This document shows positions 42,909 to 52,126 of a DNA stretch of 64,000 nucleotides, piece by piece. The stretch comes from Candidatus Heimdallarchaeota archaeon. Lineage in GTDB: Archaea; Asgardarchaeota; Heimdallarchaeia; Heimdallarchaeales; Heimdallarchaeaceae. Below the pieces are notes generated by a model. That model did not search any database, was not told the DNA's origin, and worked only from the letters and a program-made list of their open reading frames with translations. The position numbers were made by a program, and so were the translations under genes. Location of the stretch: assembly GCA_021399345.1 (NCBI GenBank), contig JAAFKI010000182.1:9937-73936 (forward strand), in the 5' to 3' direction. The number at the start of each line of letters is the position of its first letter. Within the stretch, counting starts at the first letter, position 1.

Positions 42909-43133
42909 AGATATCACTTTTACTTGTTTTTATTGAATCCAAATTTCGTCTTGGTCTTATGGATTCATAACCTTGAAGTATATATTAAATGTTTTGATAG
43001 TATTAGCCTAAATGACATGAACACTATAGTAGCTTTTATATACAAAATTCAAAGTTCCACGTCGTTACAACTGCTAACTACATCTAGAAAAATTACTGTT
43101 CTTCTGAAAACCTTTATAATATCTGTTTTTGGA

Positions 43134-44126
43134 TTACAAACTACCATAGTAAAGCAGATTTTCCCTAATCTCTTTTTCGCTAAAACCTGCACTAATTCCG
43201 ACAATAATTCTGATTATATCCATTGTCTCTGCGAGCTTCAGTTCAAAGAAACCAATTAATGCATCCAGTTGCAGAACTGTTCCAAAACGAAATGTCCTTT
43301 TCCAGTAATCTAATAAGTATCTCTCAACTGCAAATTCCAAATCATGTAATGGCACTTCTTTAACCCCAATATATTTAGAAAAGACTGTTCGATAAGGAGC
43401 ATAGTTGTATATTTCCAGAACTTCTTGAATACTTGTTGCCTTCAATCCCTTTACAGTGAATTTATTGGGTTGGATGAATCTATATGCAGGTATATTTAGA
43501 GCTATACAGCGACATAAAGCTAAGATATTTTTCATATTAACATATGTTTCATAATGTTTTGATACTTTAGGCAGCATACTATAGATATGTTGATCTATTG
43601 CAGATTCTAGGGGTGTAAAACTTCCAGTTGTTTTAAATTCTTCATTTGCCAATTTAAGGTCTTCTCGCAAAGTCTGATTATTTTGATTAACAATTATCTC
43701 TTCAATTGACCTATTAAGTAATTTCGAATAATAATCGACTGAATAATCAGTAACTGGAACCAGACGGGATAAAATCTCTTCATGCTTCATTTCTCTATTT
43801 ATGCCTTGAAATATTATACGAAGATTTTCAGCGTGATATCGCTCACTATAATTTCTGATCTTCTTCTTAACTGTGGATCCTGATTGTTTGTAGAATTTAG
43901 TCAGTAATTCAGAATAAGAATTTTTAAGATTTCTAGCTACATCAGAAATTTGTGTTTCAAAATTAAGGTCTCCAATAATGCTGTCATAAGATGTTTGAGT
44001 AAAGGCCGCCCTCAATTCTTTAAGATTCTTTGAAGATAAGAGCAAACTTATTTGTGATTTTGTTAAGAAGTTACTAACAGCTCCATGGGCTCTACCTAGT
44101 AAATAACTTATATTTCCAAGTGACAT
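43134..44126 (-). CDS. atpC: A/V-type ATPase subunit C (AC39/V0 d homologue)
   Basis: YLLGRAHG..SNFL, TSYDS, ENLRIIFQG, ETMDIIRIIVG; directly downstream of subunit I. Confidence 0.8.
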   Translation of the reverse strand: MSLGNISYLLGRAHGAVSNFLTKSQISLLLSSKNLKELRAAFTQTSYDSIIGDLNFETQISDVARNLKNSYSELLTKFYKQSGSTVKKKIRNYSERYHAENLRIIFQGINREMKHEEILSRLVPVTDYSVDYYSKLLNRSIEEIIVNQNNQTLREDLKLANEEFKTTGSFTPLESAIDQHIYSMLPKVSKHYETYVNMKNILALCRCIALNIPAYRFIQPNKFTVKGLKATSIQEVLEIYNYAPYRTVFSKYIGVKEVPLHDLEFAVERYLLDYWKRTFRFGTVLQLDALIGFFELKLAETMDIIRIIVGISAGFSEKEIRENLLYYGSL

Positions 44127-47100
44127 TTAACCACCCTTTTGCTTGATAAAATTGATTGAAACAAGTTTCTCTTTTAGGGGAAGGAACTCTTTACCGTCTC
44201 CTGTATAGAATTTAGAGAACCATTCAACCCAGTGAAGCCTCAAAGTATTAAGGAATGATAATAGTCCTTCTAATGGTAATATTATGAATACTGCCAATAG
44301 AATTCCCACTACCCACCACACCCAAGAGATGCTAAGAGCTGAAGCATAATGACCATGTATCAATCCTCCTGCAAAGTGTGACAAATCAATATGTGCTACG
44401 TCTAGGAATGCTCCTGAAAATGTTGATACTCTTGCAACTAAATCCACTCCAGTTAAAGTGAATGGCAATCCACTTAAGATTGCATGAACAAGTAAGAGTG
44501 CCATAATTCGGCTGAATGAAAGTGTGTTTGATATGAGTGCGATAATGTGATCAATTGCATCCATAATTCCATCAGATTTGGCATGAATATACTCTAATAC
44601 AAACAATACAGGGACTAGCCCTATCAGATATACAAATGCAGATGGTAACTGTTTAAGCGTAAAATGAAATGCATGCCAATATATTCCATTCACTCCTACA
44701 ATTATATTATAAAGTATAGCAAAGACCCCTACATAAACTACAGATAATGAAAGAGGAGCGCCCCAAGATGCGAATCCGTGACCATATCTCATGTTTTGAT
44801 ATACTTTCAATAATATTCCTAACTGAATCATTAGAAATCCTATTATTAGAGCAACAATTAGGAATAGTTTTGTCTCATGTAATGGATTGATTATTGGTAT
44901 CCAATTAATTCCTATCTTGCGCATCAATTCTGGTATGAGATGTTCGTCTCCTAGTAATGATCCAAAGAAGAACCCAAATATCGTTGAAGAAAAACCGCAG
45001 AAAAGAAGTAGTTCCGCACCAGAATAAAGATATCCTGTCATTGATTCATCTGGTTCAATTTTATTCTTCTTTTTCCTATATAACAAGAATCCAGCTATCA
45101 GTGACAATAAAATTCCGTGTCCAATATCTGCAAACATGATGCCGAATAAAAATGGAAATGTAAACCTAACGATTGAATAAGGATCAACTTGGTTAGTGTT
45201 TGGATGTCCAATACCACCTACAATCCCTCTTACTGCCCCAAATACTTTTCCTCTTTTTGTTATGGCAGGGTTAACTAATGGAACATCAGGATTTTCAGTA
45301 ATTTCCATCTTGAAAGATAAATTTTTCTTGCTTTCATTCAGTTGCTTTAAAACTGTTTTAGATATCCACCCCCATAGAACTATTCTTCCTTCAGATATTT
45401 GACATAGTTCAATGGTGTTTAAGCGGTTGCTTTCAACATTAATTAGCTCTTCACAAGCAGTTAATCTATTTATAGCCTGATTCTTAATTTCTAGAAGTTT
45501 TTCTTCGCTTTCCTTCAATTCTATTTCAATTTCTTTTAAAGTGTCTTTCAATGAAACCTTTCTTTCAACCAGAGATAAATCATAGTCTATTGCTTGGAAA
45601 GAATATTCATTTAAAACACGCAAGATTGAGTTTTCATACTCCTTTAAAGATAGAATTAAGATGTTCCTTTCATTAGAACCTGAATCTGTAGGCTCGGAAT
45701 CCCAGAATACAAGATTATTATCGGTGACTTCATTCAAAAAGAATCTCACAGATTTAAGGTTGGATTTAGGAACAACTCCCAAGTAAGTTACAGTTTGGAA
45801 ACCACTTTGAAGTAAAACTGCATCAATACCTCTTTCTTTGAGACCTTCTTCAAAAGGTAGAGATAATTTTACTTGGCTCTGTTTCTTCTGAATTTCTTTA
45901 TAAGACTCAAAAGCTTTTGTGATTTTCTCCTCATTTTCGCGCAAGAAATTTTCTATGAATGCTTTTGAGTGATCATAATCATCAATAATTTCATATTTCT
46001 CAGTATTTTGTTCTTCTGTATCTTTTAATTTGAGCATATTTGACAATCGCTTAACTCTTGACAGATACTGACTCAGTTCTTGTCTCAAACTATTAACTTT
46101 CTCTAGAGTACTTGCATCTAATGATCCAATTTTCACTGGATGAACTGAGTTAAGAGAGTACAAATGAGAAATGAATTGACGAGATGATTCCTCTGGACTC
46201 TCTAATCTCACAAATAGTGCTTTTTTTGCAAAAAGAAATCCTTCTCCACCTTCTCCAGTTTGTGGGAGGTGAGGTATATAGCTGTCTATTTTGCTTTCTT
46301 CCTTATCAAATTGCTCTTTAACTAGTAATTCTTGCTCAACATCTCTTTCTTTTTTACGAGATAACGGAACATCTTCCAATATCACTATGTTACTATCTAA
46401 TTGTAAAGAATTAATATTTTCAAAAAAAATGCTGTAGTTTTTTGATGTAACCCAACCCCATAAAGTAAAGTTTTTTGATGTAGTACGACCTCTTTCTTCC
46501 AGTGTTAGAGTTTTGTGAGTTGCTTTTATGAGCGTTAGATGGTACCTAATTTTTTCTGATAGTTCAGTAGAGAATTGTCTAATATCATCTTCAATTTTTT
46601 CTATATCTTGATTTACTTCAGAATAAAGTTCTTCTATTCTTGTTGTTTCTCTTATCTTTTCTATGGATTTTAGAAGTTCAAGTTCAAATTCTGTTTCATC
46701 GAAATAATTATTACTGAGAATCTCTCCTATACGTTCTTTATAGTCATCTAAAGAAATACACAGCATTACATTTTTTTCACTATTGTCTGTAGAAGAACTC
46801 CAGAAAAACATTTGACCAGCTGTAACTTCATTTAAGTAAAAGCGTATGATTTCTTCATATCCACTAGGAATTTCTCCTAAAACAGTGAAAGTTCTTGAGC
46901 TTGAAGATAATAGGTCGATTGAAAATTCGTCATCCATATTGTTTTGGAATTGTTTCAAAGATGAAAGAATTCTGTTCTCTTTTTTCAACTTTTGTAATTC
47001 ACTGGATTTTTTTATTATCTGATTTTCGTATTTTTCAAGAAAAACGTCTAAACTCTTCACTACTTCATTATGATTATTAATAGCAACTAAATCCTCTTCT

Positions 47101-47330
47101 TTTAATGATGAAAGGTCTTCCAATTGAATATTTAGAGCTTTGCTCAATCCCACTATTCTTTCCCATCTGTCCTCCAAAATGTCTTTAGTTGCTTGTATTC
47201 TTGCTTGCTCTTTAGGACTTTGAGGGTCAACGATTATTTGTTCAAAGATATTTAGAGAAGATATCTTTGTCAATAGTGTATTTGTATTTTTGACAGGTAT
47301 CTGAACTTTTACTAGTTTAAACTTTGCCAT
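44127..47330 (-). CDS. atpI: A/V-type ATPase subunit I (a) with tandemly duplicated N-terminal cytoplasmic domain
   Basis: Membrane domain VDPY..FPFLFGIMFADIGHG, essential Arg in NTLSFSRIMAL, LRLHWVEWFSKFY. Two N-terminal repeats at aa 1-323 and 366-685. Confidence 0.93.
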   Translation of the reverse strand: MAKFKLVKVQIPVKNTNTLLTKISSLNIFEQIIVDPQSPKEQARIQATKDILEDRWERIVGLSKALNIQLEDLSSLKEEDLVAINNHNEVVKSLDVFLEKYENQIIKKSSELQKLKKENRILSSLKQFQNNMDDEFSIDLLSSSSRTFTVLGEIPSGYEEIIRFYLNEVTAGQMFFWSSSTDNSEKNVMLCISLDDYKERIGEILSNNYFDETEFELELLKSIEKIRETTRIEELYSEVNQDIEKIEDDIRQFSTELSEKIRYHLTLIKATHKTLTLEERGRTTSKNFTLWGWVTSKNYSIFFENINSLQLDSNIVILEDVPLSRKKERDVEQELLVKEQFDKEESKIDSYIPHLPQTGEGGEGFLFAKKALFVRLESPEESSRQFISHLYSLNSVHPVKIGSLDASTLEKVNSLRQELSQYLSRVKRLSNMLKLKDTEEQNTEKYEIIDDYDHSKAFIENFLRENEEKITKAFESYKEIQKKQSQVKLSLPFEEGLKERGIDAVLLQSGFQTVTYLGVVPKSNLKSVRFFLNEVTDNNLVFWDSEPTDSGSNERNILILSLKEYENSILRVLNEYSFQAIDYDLSLVERKVSLKDTLKEIEIELKESEEKLLEIKNQAINRLTACEELINVESNRLNTIELCQISEGRIVLWGWISKTVLKQLNESKKNLSFKMEITENPDVPLVNPAITKRGKVFGAVRGIVGGIGHPNTNQVDPYSIVRFTFPFLFGIMFADIGHGILLSLIAGFLLYRKKKNKIEPDESMTGYLYSGAELLLFCGFSSTIFGFFFGSLLGDEHLIPELMRKIGINWIPIINPLHETKLFLIVALIIGFLMIQLGILLKVYQNMRYGHGFASWGAPLSLSVVYVGVFAILYNIIVGVNGIYWHAFHFTLKQLPSAFVYLIGLVPVLFVLEYIHAKSDGIMDAIDHIIALISNTLSFSRIMALLLVHAILSGLPFTLTGVDLVARVSTFSGAFLDVAHIDLSHFAGGLIHGHYASALSISWVWWVVGILLAVFIILPLEGLLSFLNTLRLHWVEWFSKFYTGDGKEFLPLKEKLVSINFIKQKGG

Positions 47331-47374
47331 TCATAAGCCACCGATACTCTAACTAATCACGATAGGGGATTTTG

Positions 47375-47394
47375 GGAAGATTTTAAAATCTTCC
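47375..47394. promoter_or_regulatory. Perfect 20-bp palindrome over the probable atpI TATA box
   Basis: GGAAGATTTTAAAATCTTCC, 45-64 nt upstream of the atpI start. Confidence 0.5.
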
Positions 47395-47547
47395 TCTCTG
47401 GCAGAATGGCCTATTAAAAAAATAGAATCAAACTTATTATCTAACAAGAGAACAAATAAACCAAGTTACCTTTCCTTGCCTGAAATGGCAAAAACTTCTT
47501 TCATTTATTAAAGCCTAGTAAAATAAAAAAAAGGAAAAAGAAATGGT

Positions 47548-47892
47548 TTATTTCTTTCTAAATCTTCGCAATGCTTCCAATGCTGCCAACCCTAGGGAGG
47601 ATAGAAACACTAATGCTGTAATGCCTGTTTCGGTTGGGAAATGAGTCACTAATACTGTATACCCTGCATCCTCGACATAACTAATAGCTAAATCTAAATC
47701 GTAGTAGTATAGTTCAAGTGAATCATCGTAACCAACTACAGAATCAGGAATTGCTGTTGTAGCTGGAGCACCGAGTCCATCTAGAATTTGATCAACAATG
47801 ACTTCACGTGGGCACGCATGACTTATAGCTTTGCGTAGATATTTGGCTGCTAAAGGAGTACCAAGCGGAGTCAAGGGAAAATTATTGATCAA
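47548..47892 (-). pseudogene. 3' remnant of a peptide/nickel ABC substrate-binding protein (family 5) with membrane anchor
   Basis: LRKAISHACPREVIVDQILDGLG.PA..AIP....GYD....YYYDLDLA.SYVEDAGY plus C-terminal TM and RRFRKK. Only 114 aa; the upstream about 110 nt is non-coding and bounded by the roadblock gene. Confidence 0.6.
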
Positions 47893-48000
47893 TTTCCAAC
47901 TTCTGAAAAAGAAGAGAAAAAGCTGTTAAGATAAGATTTTCTGAAGAAATTTGATAAGTAGTAGATTGAAATTTCGGATATTTCCTCCCTAAATGAAAAG

Positions 48001-48387
48001 TTAAGATCCTGCTAACACTTCTATTGCTTCTGAAACATATCTTTTGATTACTTGCATAGCTAAACCAACATTATGCAAATCTCTACTAGCACCAATCAAA
48101 ATATATTCATCAGCACTTGCTAGTATTGTAAATCCTTCTTCACCACGAATTAAAACTTGCTCTAAATCTCCGTGTGCCAGATTTCCACTTACCATTTTTC
48201 CAGTTGATAATATTGCAGATGAGACCGCACTCAAGAGATCTGGATCTGTCCCCTTTTCAGAGAAGAAAGCAACTTTTATTCCTTCTGCATTAACAACTGC
48301 TAATGCTTCCAAATCACACCCTAACGAGATTTGTTTTAATATTCTTACTAATTGTTTTTTTTGTGATGCTGATAAATCAATAGACAT
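48001..48387 (-). CDS. Roadblock/LC7 (MglB/LAMTOR-like) protein
   Basis: LEALAVVNAEG, LLSAVSSAILSTG, LEQVLIRGEEGFTIL, NVGLA. Confidence 0.9.
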   Translation of the reverse strand: MSIDLSASQKKQLVRILKQISLGCDLEALAVVNAEGIKVAFFSEKGTDPDLLSAVSSAILSTGKMVSGNLAHGDLEQVLIRGEEGFTILASADEYILIGASRDLHNVGLAMQVIKRYVSEAIEVLAGS

Positions 48388-48574
48388 TTTTTGACACCAA
48401 TTTCCTCTATTTACTCTGTACTCTACTATTGCTATTAAAGTTATCCAAAGTGCGCAGAGAGAAGATTTCGAATAACAATATAATACTTACATTATGATTT
48501 ATTTAAAAGAATCACCTATGGGAAAAGTTGGTTTGGGATAAACATTTTTATTATGGAAGAAAATCAACTTTAAC

Positions 48575-49804
48575 ATGAAGTTATTGTTTGTTGTAATGGA
48601 TGGTCTGGGTGATCGTCCTATTTCAGAGTTTGGAGGACAAACTCCTCTTGAATATGCGAAAACTCCAAATATGGATAAACTGGCATCACTTGGGATGAAT
48701 GGACTATTACATGTTATAGCCCCAGGAGTTACTCCAGGAAGTGATACGGCCCATCTGGCATTGTTTGGTGTAGATCCTTATGAATACTATACAGGGCGAG
48801 GGCCGTTTGAGGCTTCTGGAATTGGATTAGTTGTAAAGGAGGGCGATATAGCTTTCAGAACAAACTTTGCAACGATAAACTCAGAAGGTATAATCACTGA
48901 TAGACGAGCTGGAAGAATTAGAGAAGGGACTGATCAACTAGCTAAACTCTTTGAAGGTTTGGAAATTGATGGCATCAAAATTCTATTGGAAGCAGGAACA
49001 GAACACAGGGCTGCTTTGATTTTAAGAGGTGATGGATTGTCCGACAAAGTCTCAGAAAATGATCCTCATGTTGAAAGAAAAGAACCTTTAGAATTCAAAC
49101 CCCTAGATGAGTCACCCGAAGCAGAAAAAACTGCTAGGGTTCTAACTTCCTTAGTTATGAAGGCAAGAACAATTCTAAATGATGCAGAACTCAATAAAAA
49201 GAGGGTAGAAGAAAGTTTACTTCCTGCAAATTATTTACTAATTCGAGGAGCAGGTAAAGTACCAAAATTACCCAACTTTGAGGAGGAGTACTGCTTAGAA
49301 ACCGCTTGCATAGCCGGTGGAGGGCTATACAAAGGCGTTTGTAGAATGTTAGGTATGCATATAATTGAAGATTCTAGATTGTCTGGGGGAACAACTACTG
49401 ATTTGTCAGCAAAGTTTGAGATTACTCAAAACGCTCTAAATGATTATGATTTTGTTTTTACTCATGTTAAAGGAACTGATAATTATTCGCATGATGGGAA
49501 GTATAAAGAAAAATCTGAATTCATTGAAAGAGTTGATAAGGAGTTGTATAGGTTTTTACCAGAGAATTACGAAGGAGATCTTGTTGTAATGATTACTGGT
49601 GATCACAGTACTCCTTGTAGTTTTAAAGATCATTCTGCAGATCCAGTACCAATTTTAATCTATTCACCAGATTGCAGAAGAGATAAGGTAGAGAAGTTTG
49701 GCGAAAGCTATGCAGTAGATGGAAGCTTAGGTCATATATTAGGAAAGCACATTATGGGTATTGCATTAAATGAGATGAGATTGGTGCGCAAATTTGGGGC
49801 TTGA
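48575..49804 (+). CDS. apgM: 2,3-bisphosphoglycerate-independent phosphoglycerate mutase, archaeal type
   Basis: MDGLGDRP, TPLEYAKTPNMD, PGSDTAHL, YTGRGPFEA, HVKGTDNYSHDG, TGDHSTP, HSADPVP. Confidence 0.95.
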   Translation: MKLLFVVMDGLGDRPISEFGGQTPLEYAKTPNMDKLASLGMNGLLHVIAPGVTPGSDTAHLALFGVDPYEYYTGRGPFEASGIGLVVKEGDIAFRTNFATINSEGIITDRRAGRIREGTDQLAKLFEGLEIDGIKILLEAGTEHRAALILRGDGLSDKVSENDPHVERKEPLEFKPLDESPEAEKTARVLTSLVMKARTILNDAELNKKRVEESLLPANYLLIRGAGKVPKLPNFEEEYCLETACIAGGGLYKGVCRMLGMHIIEDSRLSGGTTTDLSAKFEITQNALNDYDFVFTHVKGTDNYSHDGKYKEKSEFIERVDKELYRFLPENYEGDLVVMITGDHSTPCSFKDHSADPVPILIYSPDCRRDKVEKFGESYAVDGSLGHILGKHIMGIALNEMRLVRKFGA

Positions 49805-50777
49805 AACAGAAACACAAACGACTTTTTATCAAAGGTCTTTACCGTATTTGCAGTTATTTATTGCTATTATCTCTGTTTCATTCTCTGCAATCATTGTCGT
49901 ATACCTAATTAAACTAGGAGTTCCTCCTGCTGTTACAGCTATGTATAGAACATTCTTTGCAGGGATTGGCGCCTTAATACTCTCTCTTTACAAGAAAAGA
50001 ATAAAATGGATTGGTAAAAAAACTACCATTAAAAGATATCATTGGATTGTTCTTTCTGGATTACTACTTGCAGTACACTTTGCTACTTGGTTTATTTCTT
50101 TAGAATACGTTAACGTTGCTATATCTACAACTTTAGTAGACGCAGTTCCGATTTTCCTTGCCATTTTTGGTTTTATATTTTTCAAGGAAAAAATAAATGT
50201 GATAGGGATCGTAGGTATTGGTATTGCTTTTACAGGTGGTGCACTCCTTGCATTTTCTTCTCCAGTAGCTGAAAATAGAAATTTACTTTTAGGAATTATG
50301 TTCTCTCTTATTGGAGCTTTAACCGTAACATTTTATTTTCTAATAGGTAAGAAAATTCTCAAGGATTCACCTTTGTGGCCATATTTTGCTTTAGTAAACC
50401 TTGCATCTGCAATCTTTCTCTTATTTTATAATTTACTTGTAGGATATGAATTATTTAGATATTCTGCGATTGTGTATATCCTCTTTATTGTGTCTGCACT
50501 GGGGCCCTCTTTAATTGGTCACGCTACTTACAATTATACTTTAAAAAGACTACCTGCTTTTGTTGTAGGCGTAGCAATTTTGGGAGAGCCAATTGGTGCC
50601 ACTATACTTGGTGTTTTAATTTTCCCCCTAACTCAAACACCGGAATTAATAACTATACTATTTGCAATAATAATTCTTGCAGGAATCGTATTAACATCGG
50701 TTTCTCAATATATAAGGATTAAAAAATTCAGAAGAAAAGATAAAGAAGAAGATGAATCAGATTCTATTCTCTCTTAG
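49794..50777 (+). CDS. DMT/EamA family transporter
   Basis: About 10 TMs, HFATWFISL, FFKEK, GHATYN, LGEPIGA. Confidence 0.9.
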   Translation: MGLETETQTTFYQRSLPYLQLFIAIISVSFSAIIVVYLIKLGVPPAVTAMYRTFFAGIGALILSLYKKRIKWIGKKTTIKRYHWIVLSGLLLAVHFATWFISLEYVNVAISTTLVDAVPIFLAIFGFIFFKEKINVIGIVGIGIAFTGGALLAFSSPVAENRNLLLGIMFSLIGALTVTFYFLIGKKILKDSPLWPYFALVNLASAIFLLFYNLLVGYELFRYSAIVYILFIVSALGPSLIGHATYNYTLKRLPAFVVGVAILGEPIGATILGVLIFPLTQTPELITILFAIIILAGIVLTSVSQYIRIKKFRRKDKEEDESDSILS

Positions 50778-51962
50778 TAACTCTTCTAATCTATTCATTG
50801 CAATGTCTATTTCTTCAAGAGTTGGTAAATAGACCATTCTGAAACCATCATTTCCAAAAGGACCAAATCCCGATCCAAATACTGTTAGAATGTGTTTCTT
50901 TCTAAGATAGTCAAAGACAAACTCTTTATCATTTTTCCATTTGAACTGGTCCATTGATAACATCGAAAAGATATAAAATGCTGCTTCTGGTTTGTTTACA
51001 ACAATTCCATCCATTTCTGAAAGTCTATTGTAAATTAAATCTCTTCTTTCTTTTAGCATTTTAATGGTTTCTGGAAGATAAGAGCTCTGATCTTGTCTTA
51101 GAGCTTCAGCTCCTGCTTTTTGTAAAGGTGTTGAAGCACATAATCTAAGTCTAGTTAATTTGTTTAACCCATCCCATGGTTCTTCTATTTTTCCCAAGGG
51201 ATCATGAATATATGCATACGCTAAACGCCATCCTGGTGCAAGGAAAACTTTACTGAAACCATTATATGCTATCACTGGAACGTCTTTTGCTACTTCAGCT
51301 GTTGCAGTATGTTTCAAACCTTCATCCAGAACAAGTAAGTCATATGTTTCATCTGAAACAATACATGCATCGTATTCTCCAACAATGTCTACTATCTCTT
51401 TCAGTACTTTTTCAGGATATACTGAACCTGTGGGATTATTTGGTGTATTAAGAAATACTAGTTTTGTTCTGTCGTTCATTAGAGATCGTATGTGATCGGG
51501 ATCTGGATAATAATTATCTTCAACTGCTGTCTTGTAATATTGCATATCATTTCCAAATATAGTACCGTTACCAGAGTAACTGGGATAGTGAATTCCGGGA
51601 ATTAGTATTCTATCTCCAGGATTAGTGAATGACATAAGAGTCATTTGAATGCCTTCAGATACTCCAGCTGTTGCTATTACTTCATCAGCAGTCACACCAA
51701 CGTCATATTTTCTGTTTTCATAGTCAGCAATCGCTTCTCTAAATTCTAGAATTCCCCTAGAATCTGCATAATAGTTATAATTTTCCTCTTCAACATAACG
51801 AAGTGGTTCTGTCAAAATTTTAGGAGTTTTAAAACCATATTTTATCGGATCCCCAATATTAAGCTTAATAATCTTATGCCCTTTAGCTTCAACTTCATTT
51901 GCTGCAGCAATTACATCTCTAATTGCATAACTAAAGCCTGCTGTGCGGTCTGATATTTTCAT
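50757..51962 (-). CDS. Class I/II aminotransferase (alanine aminotransferase-like)
   Basis: SYAIRD, KLNIGDP, NTPNNPTG, SDETYD, NGFSKVFLAPGWRL. Confidence 0.9.
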   Translation of the reverse strand: MKISDRTAGFSYAIRDVIAAANEVEAKGHKIIKLNIGDPIKYGFKTPKILTEPLRYVEEENYNYYADSRGILEFREAIADYENRKYDVGVTADEVIATAGVSEGIQMTLMSFTNPGDRILIPGIHYPSYSGNGTIFGNDMQYYKTAVEDNYYPDPDHIRSLMNDRTKLVFLNTPNNPTGSVYPEKVLKEIVDIVGEYDACIVSDETYDLLVLDEGLKHTATAEVAKDVPVIAYNGFSKVFLAPGWRLAYAYIHDPLGKIEEPWDGLNKLTRLRLCASTPLQKAGAEALRQDQSSYLPETIKMLKERRDLIYNRLSEMDGIVVNKPEAAFYIFSMLSMDQFKWKNDKEFVFDYLRKKHILTVFGSGFGPFGNDGFRMVYLPTLEEIDIAMNRLEELLRENRI

Positions 51963-52126
51963 TTTTGATATCCTCTATGATTTTAAGAAATCTTTGAAAA
52001 AATAAGATTATTGGTTTGAACTTATCAAATAGACACATTCGAAATGATTCAATCTAGTTATGCACTATTTCCCAGATATTACATCTATAAATAAAACAGA
52101 AGTATCAATTTCTACTAAATTACTGG

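Noticed and set aside
42636-43259. 207-aa plus-strand ORF
   Set aside because: Antisense to actin and atpC, spans the actin promoter and has no recognisable motifs.
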